Below, piece by piece: positions 36,129 through 49,215 of a stretch of DNA of 64,000 nucleotides (positions are counted from its first letter, which is position 1; every line of letters begins with the position of its first letter). The notes beneath the pieces are model-generated. The model was not told the origin of the DNA. It searched no databases and saw only the letters and a list, made by a program, of their open reading frames with translations. The translations under genes and the position numbers were made by a program. Source of the stretch: Octopus bimaculoides (taxonomy: Eukaryota); NCBI RefSeq assembly GCF_001194135.2, contig NC_068982.1:16253292-16317291 (forward strand). The letters are read 5' to 3'.

Positions 36129-39100
36129 AGCTTAAAAAAAAAAAGAAAAAAAATCTAGCTGAAATAATCCCAATCGTTACCAGTACAGTCTGGCAAAGTA
36201 ACAGAATCAGAGATATCATAGAAATATGATTCTATGATCTATGCCTGGAATGAACAGATTAACTAGTGCTTTTAAAGTAGCGCTCCTGATTGGTATGAAG
36301 CATCTAATGGGCATTGGGATAGAGAAGCATTCATGTGTTTTGCACATGTGTAATGGCATGTATATATAAATTCAGGAAACTGTGTATCATTTCGTTTATT
36401 TTTGTAGCAGAATCAAATTCTGCTGACACAGACTTTTTAATTTATGAGTGAGATGTCTCCAACATATATTTGTTTACGATGCCGATATTCATATAGACAG
36501 AGTAGGCCTATGACCAACCCTACCTCCATACTCAATCGTTTGTTACTGTTGTGTGCATGTGTGTGTGTGTGTGTGTGTGATCATACGCATGTGCATGCAT
36601 GTGCATACATAGATGTATGTGTTACTACATTCTGCAAATTTCAAGCCCAGATCATGTGGTTTTGCATGCATATTTTTAAGTTAAAGAATGTGACAGGTCT
36701 ACAAGTACAGTAGTAGTAGTAGTAGTAGTAATAGTGGTGGTGGTGGTGGTGGTGGTGGTGGTAACAGTAGCAGCAGCAATAGCATGGGGGCGTGCACTGT
36801 ATATATCATTTGTTGGTGACTCCCTACTCCTGGCAGATGAGGGCTCTGCACCACTCAGGTGACAAGCCTCCAATCCATGGGTCCGTTTTGGGTAGTTGTT
36901 GCTGGTGAGAGTTTTATGAGGTCAAATTGCAAATCCTACCTCATCCACTCTTAGTCATCTTTCATGACACATAGAGGAAACGTTGGGTCTATTCTTTGGC
37001 ATGCTGGCCCCCCCCCACACGGTACGCAAGTACATTCAGGAAGCAAGATTGGTTCCAATGTAGAAGGTAGACCAGGAGTGACTGCTCTAATGCTGAGTCC
37101 TCATAAGGAAAAGCACCTCAAATATATACATTAGATTAGCACCTTAAGACAACATATTTTGCAGTTGTGATATCACTGTTAGACCAATTAACAGACAAAT
37201 GATAACAGGTGTCTACAATGATGTCATGACTTGTAGCATTACTGCTACAAACACCTGTCTGAAACTTAAAGCATGATTGCCAGGTTATTCAAGTGATGGA
37301 TTGGCTCTTTGATGTATGGCATGGCTGACACTGTAAAAGTGTCAGAGCACATAAATTTGTATGTACGTCTGTAAATATAACTGTTTACCAATGTTACAAT
37401 GTTGAATTGTTTATTTCACAAGTTCTTCACAGATACTTGTCCTGTCATCTTTGGATTGTCATTAAGAATTTTTCTCAATCGAATGACATTTATGACATGG
37501 ATTAATATAAGCAGTTAATTGTTTTATAAACTCCTAACTTACTGTTTTGTTCTATTTAAATCTCTATTAATAACATTATGTGGAATAAAATCGTCTTGTA
37601 AATATTGTGTATACACCAAACACAAGCACTTTGTTGGAATTTTAAAATTCTATCACACCTCATTGTTTTTCAGACTCAAATATAAGAATTTGACAATCTT
37701 CAGATTATAGGACTACTGGCTTTGGTGGTGTTGTTCACCCCCTCCTATTGTAAAGTATCATGAAAACTTTAAATCAAAACAGAGTCAGAGGGGCAAATAA
37801 AATGGAATTTAATTCAAACAATTACTACTGATGTACTTCAGACCATTTTAGTGTAGGTTACAGATAAAGTAGAGCAATCTAATTGTTAGGTTTTATTTTG
37901 AACCCAGCTGGTTTCTTAAGTGTTGTTTCTGCATTTCTCTCAACAATACACATGCATTTCCTATATATACACATGTATATAGAAAATATACAGTCATAGA
38001 TATACATATATATGACTAATGAGAATTATGGCTCAAGAGAAATAACAATCCAACAAATGTTTAGCTTATTATAAACAAAGATATTTGTAACAAAGAATTA
38101 AGCAATATGGAGAAGTGCAGAGATAAAAGGTCGAAATTTATTCGGGCCAGCAAATATTAAGACAGCAACATAAAGTTTAGTTTCATTGCTGCTAATAGCA
38201 ATAATCAATCATTTATCTTTATACACTGATAATCATAGTGAATTAGCAGAACTGAATAAACAAAGAATTGTATGGAAACATCAACATTGAAATGACATCT
38301 TGATATCCAGCAACCCAAGTACTGAAACCAATAGAATGAACTATACCCCAAAACAGCATGAAATGCATACTCAGTATGAATCCATCCACCCATTTCTCCC
38401 CTTCCCCCCTTCCTCCCAAAAAATGTGGGTTTTCGTATTTTATGAATTTTTGAAACTTATAGCCAAAATGGGGAAAAGCTAATATACACTGCATAGAAAA
38501 TTGTAAAATCATAAGTGTATGGAGAAAAGGAATAGAGTTTATAAACTGCAACACTACTAGTGATACAGTTAAAAGCAGAATTGATGATATGGTGAAAAAA
38601 TAGAATAATCTCTCATTTCTAAGATACAAAACAATCCGTTTTTTTTTCCTTCTTTGTTTTATTTTTTTCCTTCAAAGTGATAAAAGCACAAACATTACAG
38701 ATAATTCTAATTTAATGTACTTTCTAAGATATGCTATCAAAGACTCCATTCAAGAAGCTTTTGTTTTATAAATCACTTCCAAAGAACAACAGCCAAATAA
38801 ATGTTTAAGCATTGATTTTTATCATAAAACAAAACACAGACAGGAAAAATGTGTCGTACTGGGTGCTGATGGAGAATGGTTAATGTCTGGTTACTGCAAT
38901 GGGTTCTTCCAGAGAATAAGAACAATACAGCCAAACTGTGTATGTGTGCATTATAGTATTTCAAATGAGCTTAACTTGTGAAATAAACGTTTTTAATTTT
39001 GAACTCAAATCAGTAAAAGTTTTGACAGGGTGTGACGGGTGAATAAACTATATCTTGTTCCAGTGTCTCACTTTTGACATGGACTCTATGGCTGAATATT

Positions 39101-39643
39101 CTTCCAAACATCAACCACTCTTGAGAGTGAAAAGGAATGAGGGATTGATAAATCCACCATGGAATCAAAGGGTTCTAAAAGGAAATGCTAAAATCAAATG
39201 ATGTCTGTTACTGAAGATTTTTGAAATGAGAAAAGGCCCTTGCATAGGACCAATCCCACTTTCTAAATGATGTACACTTCTGCTTAAAAAGAAGAACTAG
39301 TTTAGATCATTAGATATAAATGAATTTGCATGTGTTACATCAGAGTTTTCCTCCTCTTAAAGAGATATCTAAACAGAGACTAGCAGTCATTCACTTCAAT
39401 CTGTTGATTCTACTGAGTTCATACATTCTTTCAAACATTTTGTTTCTCACCCTATAAAGAGTCCAATGAAAACCATCTTTCTTACCATAAAAGCTTGGCA
39501 GTGTTGCCAGTTTAATCCCTGATGGCCTGACAATGCAACAGGTTGTACTGGGTTATATACTTATATGCATATAAACATGTACATCTATATGTATATGAAT
39601 ACATAGACACACACTTATATGTATATATTTCTATGTGTATTTA

Positions 39644-39970
39644 TTCTTTTATTCTTTTACTTGAACAAATCGACCCCAGGACTTAATCTTTGTAAGCCTA
39701 GTACTTATGCTATTGGTCTCTTTTGCCAAACTGCTAAGTTATGGGGATGCAAACACACCAACATCGGTTGTCAAGCAATGGTGGGGGAGGACAAACACAC
39801 ACACACACATATATATGATGGGCTTCTTTCAATTTCCGTCTACCAAATCCACTCACAGGGCTTTGGATAGCCCAAGGCTATAGTGGGAAACACTTGCCCA
39901 AGGTGCCACATAGTAGGACTGAACCTGGAACCATGTGGTAGGGAAGCAAGCTTCTTACCATACAGCCACT
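39644..39970 (-). mobile_element. SINE family A with internal deletion
   Basis: Colinear with 60648-61082 but lacking part of the 3' segment. Confidence 0.85.
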
Positions 39971-39984
39971 AAATATTGCACATA

Positions 39985-40332
39985 CAAACATATCATAAAA
40001 AGTACCATCTGAACGTGGTTGATGCCAGCCCCCTCGCCCCAACTGGCTCCTGTACCAGTGGCACGTAAAAAGCACCATCTGAACATGGCCAATGCCAGCA
40101 CTGCCTTGACTGGCCCCTGTGCTGGTGGCATGTAAAAGAACCATCCAAACGTGGTTGATGCCAAACCCCTCTGGCCCCTGTGCCAGTGGCACATAAAAAG
40201 CACTCACTATATCCTCGGAGTGGTTAGCATTAGGAAGGACATCCAGCTGTAGAAACACTGCCACAGATTGGAGCCTGGTGCAACCTCCTGGCTTCCCAGA
40301 CCCCAGTTGAACCATCCAACCCATGCCAGCAT
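39985..40332 (+). mobile_element. Family B with three internal subunits
   Basis: AAAAGTACCATCTGAACGTGG repeats followed by the TAGGAAGGACATCCAGCTGTAGAAAC tail. Confidence 0.85.
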
Positions 40333-41984
40333 GNNNNNNNNNNTGAACATACACACACATACATATGTAATGTATGTCGACATATACACATACATGCATA
40401 TCTATGTACATACATACATACACATATATGGATGTGCATAGAAGCATTTACATATTAATGTAATGCAGTTGTACATTTCCCTTGGCTTCATTTTTAATCA
40501 AAACAGAACTGCTTATGCAGTTTTATATATTTAAAACATCCTAATGTCTTACTTAGCACTAGACTCAGTGTCTAGCATAAAAGAAAATATGATTTTTTTT
40601 TCTCTTTCTTCAGCAGCTAAAAAGTAATAAATAAAATGTTTAAAGTAACACTTCGTTGCTTTTCATGTTGGGATTTAGCTTTATTATTAATGATTTTGTT
40701 CGTTTTAGAAATAACAACAAAATGATATGACCTACATTTTTCATTAAAATAAAACTGATATAAAAATAAAATATATAAGAAATTTTGTCAGATACAAAAT
40801 CTACAAGATGGATTAGATGGAATCTAACATATTTTACATATATATATATTATTAATTACTGTATATTAACTGCATATCAATTATTCAATATGTATTTCTT
40901 GCATATATTTCATCTCAACATCCAACTGATAAAATTTCATCAAATACATTTTACGTCTTATTTGTATATTTACATGCTACTATACAAAATACTCATTCAT
41001 TTATTTCCCATAATTATGTGAGGACACTTAAATTTGCCACAACCATTATTAGTGTTTTCAGTGCCAAGCCTTCATAATGCACATCTGTTTATTTACTAGG
41101 AACATATCACGAAGGTAGTGAAACACTTTCGCTTCAGCTAACTGTAACAATATAAAGATACAAATTTTAAAATCAAATCTCACACCACATGCTTGCTTCA
41201 TCGTGGATATTTCCCAGTGGTTTTGTATTGGAAAATGTATGACTCTTAATATTTACTATGAGTCAGTGCATGTAAATACAATACTGAGGCAGTCTACTTG
41301 AATAAAATCTGAAACCATGAATTCGTCATAAATATACTGCATTATGAGAGTATTATGTTTCAGCTTTGTCTTCTTTCAGATCATTTATATACTTGTTGAT
41401 ATTTTAGTCGAAAGAATTACTATACAGGATGTAAAACTTGCATTTCTGGCTATGTTGCTTGAGTTTACTGCAAATGATTACCAGAGTGCTGCTCCACAGC
41501 TATGATTTTGTTGTCATCCACTCATTGCAAATAGCTTGACAGGAGGATGAAAGTTTAACATTCCATTCAGCTTCCTAGGAGAACTTTTCTTTTAGATAAT
41601 CAAAAATATGTTTCTTAAAGATAACAGAGTCATTAAATAATGTAAGACATACATCAGGTGTGTNNNNNNNNNNNNNNNNNNNNNNNNNNNNNNNNNNNNN
41701 NNNNNNNNNNNNNNNNNNNNNNNNNNNNNNNNNNNNNNNNNNNNNNNNNNNNNNNNNNNNNNNNNNNNNNNNNNNNNNNNNNNNNNNNNNNNNNNNNNNN
41801 NNNNNNNNNGGGGGGGGGGGATACTGAGGAAGTGGGTAGAGTGATATGATGTGACCTCCCCACATAACTATCAACATATGAGAAAAACTGGGTTTAAGAG
41901 GCATCAGATGTAGTGTGCAAGAGAGAAGACGGCACTAGTATGGTCATATGGATGAGAACGGCAGCATAAGGTCTTTGGTAAGTT

Positions 41985-42190
41985 ACTTGGCAACCCTGCT
42001 GGTACTAGTGCCACATAAAAAGCACACAGTACACACCATAAAATGATTGGGATTAGGACGGGCATCCCACCCATAGAAACCAAGGGGAAATAAACTGGAG
42101 CCTGATGCAGCTCTCCAGCTTCAGTCAAATTGTCTAACCCATGCCAGCATAGAAAACAGGTGTTAAATGATGATGACGTCTATGATGATT
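41985..42190 (+). mobile_element. Family B tail
   Basis: GGCATCCCACCCATAGAAACC...CCATGCCAGCAT...GTTAAATGATGATG. Confidence 0.7.
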
Positions 42191-42215
42191 TAGTACGTTT
42201 TCAACATCTTTATTA

Positions 42216-42720
42216 TTCTTTTCTACTCTAGGCACAAGGCCTGAAATTTTGGGGGAGGGGACCAGTTGATTAGATGGACCCCAGTACACAACTGGTACTT
42301 AATTTAACGACTCCCAAAAGGATGAAAGGATGAAAGACAAAGTTGATTTCAGTGGAATTTGAACTCAGAACATAAAGACAGATGAAATACTGCTAAGCAT
42401 TTCACCCAGCTTGCTAACGATTCTACCAGCTTCCTACCTTAATATATTTATTATTAGTAACACTTATTATGCCTAGTGGACTTATGCTCATTCATTTCCC
42501 TAGCCTATGACAGTTTCCTTTTCATAATATTGCAGCAAGAGACACAGGGCAAATTTCTGATATATTTAAAAGCGGAAAAAAAAAAAACACATACACCAGC
42601 AAGTGTAGTGAGTTAATAGCTAACTTACGGTGGAATTTGAACTCAGAACATAAAGACAGATGAAATACCAGCAAGCATTTCACCCGGCATGCTAATGTGT
42701 CTGCCAGTTTGCTGCTTAGT
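42216..42720 (-). mobile_element. SINE family M copy (42216-42440) plus a second partial head (42625-42720)
   Basis: GTGGAATTTGAACTCAGAACATAAAGACAGATGAAATAC occurs twice. Confidence 0.8.
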
Positions 42721-43182
42721 AGCAAAAAATGTTATTAATAACATGGCAGCAGTCTTCTAGGAATTTACCCTGAATTTTTATTTTGTACTTTCTGCTAACC
42801 CGGCAAAAGAGGTAATATGGTATGAGCCCGGAACTAAAAGTGCTGACAAATCAGTAGTGTAACAGCATTATAAAAGGAAATAATTCTAAAAACTTCTCAA
42901 GCTTACAATGACTGGTTTATGAATAATGGATGTAGAATACTTTTGTATCATAATAGGATCCAATCGTTAGATACAATCGAATGCAATTTTGAATAGTAAA
43001 ACATAAGATACAGGCATTAAACATTTTTAATTTGCTTACTTATTCTAAGAAGTAGTACATTATGTGAAATTATTATTTTCATTGTAATCTTTGAGAAAGA
43101 AAAAAAATATAAATAAATTTTATATTTGAAATGATAATTTACAAAATATGTCTGCTTTTACTGTTGAAGTTACAATCCATTA

Positions 43183-43217
<35 letters not shown>

Positions 43218-44237
43218 CGCGTGCACACACACACATACACACACACACACACACACGCACACACGCACACACACACACACACATATATATATATAGAGAG
43301 AGAGAAGACAATCATTTCTGAAATATTTTTTTATTTTTTATTATTTGCTTTCACATGTTCTAACATTCTAATTGTACAAACTTGTTTCAGAAGATGCACA
43401 AGAGAATTAATACAATTTTTGTAGAAGTCATGAATTAGTAACAGATGATGTGTCTCAAAAATTGAAAGGAAGGTAACTCGGGTGTTAAAGAAACGGTGGA
43501 CATAGCCATCATGTTACACATATGTTTGGTAAAAGAGACCTTTCATTATCAAACTAAAGATTAAACCATTGGTTACTAACTTCCGATATAGTACAATAAT
43601 TGACCAAACCACAGCTAGCCAAATTTCACTATGTTCATTCATAGGCCACAGACTAAGATATGGCTGGAGAAAAAGGAAACTAACAATAAATCTATTACAG
43701 CTTAGTTACTAAATAAATCAACAAACAAATAGAAATCTATTTCTGTACAATTGTTTTAATGGTTCTCATGTCGCAGGATACTTTACACAACGTTTATGTA
43801 TGAGGATGCCACATTCTTGATGAATGCCAAATGTTTTGATGCCAACTTGGCTAACTGATATACAAACTTCAGATGAATGGAGGAACTCCTTTTAACAAGC
43901 ATTCACCAACTCAAATGATTCAGAATGTTTTCTCAACCAACAAAATAACTGAATAAGATCCATTGCATTTTTTCTTATAAGTTAAAACAGAGAACTTGTG
44001 TTGAATTCTACTGAAGCATGAAAAGAATGTGATAAATGCCCTCAGTTTTTGTGCAAGTGAGCCGTCTTATAATTCTCAATCAGGACATAATTTAATCAAG
44101 ACTGAAGACCAAAAATAGACACTACAATAAATAAACAACTTCAAAGAAGTTCAAGAAAATACAGCCAAATAACAGAAAGTAAGTCAGCAGTGGCAAAAGC
44201 AGCAGCACCATCATCATCATCATCATAACGGTTTTAA

Positions 44238-44457
44238 CGCTTTGGCATTTAAACCAGTCATATGCAGCCCAAATATTCCACACATTTTGTGTTCAAACTG
44301 ACCAAATCCAGCTTCTCACACCTACCCTACAATGTCAATCTAAAAATATAGAACCACATCATTGAAATCTCAAAGCTACAAGATAATGCATGATTAATTC
44401 GAAATAATGTGAATAAATAAGCGTTACATTTGAAAGAGTAATTTGAATGCCAAAGGG
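44238..44457 (+). mobile_element. piggyBac-type MITE family PB-A
   Basis: TTAA-CGCTTTGGCATT ... AATGCCAAAGGG; homologous to 7848-8327. Confidence 0.8.
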
Positions 44458-44939
44458 ATCATTTTTTCTTTCCTCTGCTTCCATAGGTTAGACAACACTA
44501 TACAGGAGCAAAGTTTTCTATGGCTGAATGCTCTTCCAGTCACCAACCCACACTTGTTTCCAACCAGCATAATAAGCCTCCCCCCCACCCATCTACCAAA
44601 CAATGAACGGCTCCAATATGGTTACATGGAGAACTGGAAACGACCAGCACTGTTTCAATGTGCCTTTTGTTTACAAAGATTGCACAAGATGAGTCAAAAC
44701 GCCCAGGCATGCTTTTGCAGGGGACAGCATGCAGCGAACACCATGTCTGTGAGCAGTGATGTTTTGTCTTTACATTCAGTGAACTCACATGAAGCTGAAG
44801 GAAAATACAGACTCGGTTACACATTCACTCACTCAGTCACACAAACACACACTCACTTACACATACACACACACACACACACATATTTATATATGTGTGT
44901 GTGTGTGCGTGTGTGTGTGTGTGCGTGTGTGTGTGTGTG

Positions 44940-45500
44940 CATTGGCACCCATGCCAACCTTTCCTTCATTGAACACTAAACTCTCCTTGCGAAGACCTGT
45001 TGGGGCAAGTGAAATTGAAATCGTAATTGAACCAAATTTGATGACTGGCACCCGTGCCAGTGGAGCGCTAACAGCATCATCCGAGTGTGATCATTGCCAG
45101 AGCAGCTGCCTGGCTTCCATGCCGGTAGCATATAAATAGCACCATTTGAGTGTGATCATTACCAGTGTCGCCTTACTGGCACTTGTGCCGGTGGCACATG
45201 AAAGAACATTTGAGTGAGGTCATTGCAAGTGCCACTGGACTAGCTCCTATGCAGGTGGCACGTAAAAAACACCATTTGAGCGTGACTGTTGCCAGTACTG
45301 CCTGACTGGCCATTGTGCTGGTGGCACGTAAAAGCACCCACTACACTCTCAGAGTGGTTGGCATTAGGAAGGGCATCCAGCTGTAGAAACTCTGCCAGAT
45401 CATATTGGAGCCTGGTGTAGCCATCTGGTTTCACCAGTCCTCAGTCAAATCATCCAACCCATGGGAAAGCGGACGTTAAACGATGATGATGATGATGATG
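44940..45500 (+). mobile_element. Long family B copy with four or five subunits and (GAT)n tail
   Basis: Subunit repeats, then GGCATTAGGAAGGGCATCCAGCTGTAGAAAC...GCGGACGTTAAACGATGATGATG. Confidence 0.85.
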
Positions 45501-46180
45501 ATATATATATATATTTATTTATTTATTTATGTGTTTCAGCCAAGTGGCTGCGGTCCATCATCATCAACATTTAACATCTGCTTTCCTTTCTGGCATGGGT
45601 TGGACAGTTTGACATGGAGCTGGCTAGCAGGGAGCTGTCCAGACTCCAGCTGTCTGTTGAGGTTTGGCTTCTACAGGTGGATGTGCTTCCTAACATCAAC
45701 CACTTGGGTACTTTTAAGTGGATGGCAATTTATATATATTATCATCACCATTTAACATCCGTTGTCCATGCTGGCAGGGGTTGGATGCTATGACCAGGGC
45801 TGGTAAACTGGGAGCTTGCACCACTCCGGTCTGATTTGGCGTGATTTCTACAACTGGATGCCCTTCCTAATGACAACCACTCTGAGAGTGTNNNNNNNNN
45901 NNNNNNNNNNNNNNNNNNNNNNNNNNNNNNNNNNNNNNNNNNNNNNNNNNNNNNNNNNNNNNNNNNNNNNNNNNNNNNNNNNNNNNNNNNNNNNNNNNNN
46001 NNNNNNNNNNNNNNNNNNNNNNNNNNNNNNNNNNNNNNNNNNNNNNNNNNNNNNNNNNNNNNNNNNNNNNNNNNNNNNNNNNNNNNNNNNNNNNNNNNNN
46101 NNNNNNNNNNNNNNNNNNNNNNNNNNNNNNNNNNNNNNNNNNNNNNNNNNNNNNNNNNNNNNNNNNNNNNNNNNNNNNNN

Positions 46181-46350
46181 ACTGATGCTGGTGTGTTTAC
46201 GTCTCTGTAACTTAGTGGTTCGGCAAAAGAGACCGATAGAATAAGTACTAGGTTTACAAAGAATAAGTCCTGCAGTTGATTTGCTCGACTAAAGGCGGTG
46301 CTCCAGCATGGCTGCAGTCAAATGACTGAAACAAGTAAAAGAGTAAAAAG
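46181..46350 (+). mobile_element. SINE family A 3' half, starting at a gap
   Basis: GGCAAAAGAGACCGATAGAATAAGTACTAGG...GAAACAAGTAAAAGAGTAAAAGA. Confidence 0.85.
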
Positions 46351-46975
46351 ATATATATATATATATATATTTGTATAAACAAATGTATATAACTCATTAT
46401 TTCTGTCTATCTTATGCATCACCCTGTAAAAAAAAATACCCTCTTACTGGGTAGTGCAACCATGGATTTACAAATTGAGTGGTGATGGACTTTGACTTCA
46501 GCCTCTGACTTAGGATTACATGTAGTACAGTACCAATCACAAAACATTTTTGTTAGCCTAGTGTATTCCTATTTGCAGAGAGCTTAAGAAGTACTTTTTC
46601 TGAATTACTATCCCTTATTAACCCCACTTTTATACACACACACACACACATATATTTGTATATACATGTATATACAACAAGTTCCTTCAGCTGATGGTAA
46701 CCAATTTTCCAGTGTCAGTACAGGATGCCAGCTTACAGCTTCCATGTAATTTGACTGAAACCCCTTATCTATGTAATTCCATGTAATGCCTGTGCTTCGT
46801 TTTAAACTGGTTTCTTTATAGCAATGTTTACGATATAAAAGGGAAATTAAAATATTGAAATATAAGACATCATTTCATCAGAATTAAAAGTTACAGCATC
46901 TATTTGGTTGTATAAAACAGGTGCTGTAAAGAGGCTGCTTATTAGGAAAGAGTAATGTATATACACATTCATGTA

Positions 46976-47002
<27 letters not shown>

Positions 47003-47013
<11 letters not shown>

Positions 47014-47246
47014 ATAAGAGTGAAAAAACTACAGAAGGCTTGTGTTACATGGTTAAAGTATATATTTAAATTATGTCAGAAAAATGTTAGAAAAATGTTA
47101 TAAAATCTTTTTACAATGTTTATATACCAAAAAGATTTTATAACATTTTTCTAACATTTTTCTAACATTTTTCTGACATAATTTAAATATATACTTTAAC
47201 CATGTAACACAAGCCTTCTGTAGTTTTTTCACTCTTATCTTTTATA
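47003..47246. repeat. Foldback element (long inverted repeat)
   Basis: Arms 47003-47112 and 47129-47246 are near-perfect reverse complements around a 16-bp spacer; TA-rich ends. Confidence 0.9.
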
Positions 47247-47280
47247 CATCCAACCACGTGCTTTCACATACAAACTTTCT

Positions 47281-47327
<47 letters not shown>

Positions 47328-48578
47328 ATACACACATACATATATATATATATATATTACATATATATAACATATATATATATGTATGTATATATCATAA
47401 TATATATGTATATATTATGTGTATATGTATGTATACACATTTAACTATTACCATCATTAGTATTATAATTAATATTTGAGAACAAATGAAATATGTGGAC
47501 AAGACCTAGAGAAGAGAGAGCAGTACTCACAAGATGACAGCAAGCTGGGGGGTTGTCCTAAAGGCAGATAGAAAGAGATGATAATTGACTAAGCAGGGTC
47601 CAAGTGGACAGTAATAGCACACATTTTAACAGAAACGGAAGTAAAAAAAACACAACAGTATCATCACTGTTTCACAGCAACTCAATGAAAATACAAGACA
47701 GTCATGCAGAATACAAGACAGCCATATATATATATATATATANNNNNNNNNNNNNNNNNNNNNNNNNNNNNNNNNNNNNNNNNNNNNNNNNNNNNNNNNN
47801 NNNNNNNNNNNNNNNNNNNNNNNNNNNNNNNNNNNNNNNNNNNNNNNNNNNNNNNNNNNNNNNNNNNNNNNNNNNNNNNNNNNNNNNNNNNNNNNNNNNN
47901 NNNNNNNNNNNNNNNNNNNNNNNNNNNNNNNNNNNNNNNNNNNNNNNNNNNNNNNNNNNNNNNNNNNNNNNNNNNNNNNNNNNNNNNNNNNNNNNNNNNN
48001 NNNNNNNNNNNNNNNNNNNNNNNNNNNNNNNNNNNNNNNNNNNNNNNNNNNNNNNNNNNNNNNNNNNNNNNNNNNNNNNNNNNNNNNNNNNNNNNNNNNN
48101 NNNNNNNNNNNNNNNNNNNNNNNNNNNNNNNNNNNNNNNNNNNNNNNNNNNNNNNNNNNNNNNNNNNNNNNNNNNNNNNNNNNNNNNNNNNNNNNNNNNN
48201 NNNNNNNNNNNNNNNNNNNNNNNNNNNNNNNNNNNNNNNNNNNNNNNNNNNNNNNNNNNNNNNNNNNNNNNNNNNNNNNNNNNNNNNNNNNNNNNNNNNN
48301 NNNNNNNNNNNNNNNNNNNNNNNNNNNNNNNNNNNNNNNNNNNNNNNNNTCTATATATACATGTAGATGTAGGTATGTACATATATGCATGTATATATGC
48401 ATATGCTCACATATCATTTGTATTATTATATTATCGAACGCCACGCGTCCATTTGCAAGTAAGTTTTAACTTTATATATATATATATATATATAGGGTAG
48501 CAAATCTTTACAAATTTCACTACCAGTGGCCTAGCATGTATAAAAAGTCAATTGACGACTTATTATTCAATATAAAAT

Positions 48579-48678
48579 AGTGTACATTTAAACACAAGAG
48601 GTTTTCGGTCGTTTGGCTGTCTTCCAGCGTGTAGAAATTGCCTGTGATAGGTAATTTCTCTTGTGTTTAAATGTACAC

Positions 48679-48679
<1 letters not shown>
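48579..48679. repeat. Small element bounded by a perfect 22-bp inverted repeat
   Basis: AGTGTACATTTAAACACAAGAG (48579-48600) and its reverse complement (48658-48679). Confidence 0.85.
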
Positions 48680-48709
<30 letters not shown>

Positions 48710-48989
48710 GATTATATATATATATATATATATGATTATATATATAATTATATATATAATATATATATATATTTCATGTTATGCTAAGAAGTGATGGATG
48801 GTACCAGAACTTTTGACTCGAGTCAAGTATAACTAACTACTCCAAATCACTGTTAAAGTATCCGCTTAAGTGGAGTCAAGGTTGGTCAGTTTGTATTGGC
48901 ATTGAGTTGTATTGGTTGTAATAATGAAGTCAAACCAGATCCAGTTTTGCCTGCAGTTATATTTGGTTTATCCGATTTTTGAATCTCAT

Positions 48990-49215
48990 TGATAATATCT
49001 CTGAGATTCTGTTATGGAATTTGATATTCCTGGTCATATGTGTAGGATGTCTAACTACCTGGTTGACCAGTTTGAGAAAGACATTCTAAATATCATTAAG
49101 AATATCAAATTCTTGAACAGACGCAGTCCATTCCAGCAGAAATGCAGAGAGATTATTAAATGGATTAAAAAATCAGATAAACTGCATACAATTGCAGACA
49201 AAACTGGATTTGGTT
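48990..49215 (+). mobile_element. Penelope-like retroelement ORF fragment (just upstream of RT)
   Basis: QFEKDILNIIKNIKFLNRRSPFQQKCREIIKWIKKSDKLHTIADKT fits the FE.DL..LI..IKF....FQ.KL..DI..I......ADKT pattern I recognise from Penelope-like ORFs. Confidence 0.65.

Noticed and set aside
37199-37262. C/D-box snoRNA
   Set aside because: Box C is imperfect, the span is short, and there is no terminal stem or evident rRNA guide.
38243-38629. 128-aa hydrophobic ORF suggesting a membrane protein
   Set aside because: Its F/I/L richness is expected from AT-rich DNA; no motif and no convincing splice signals.
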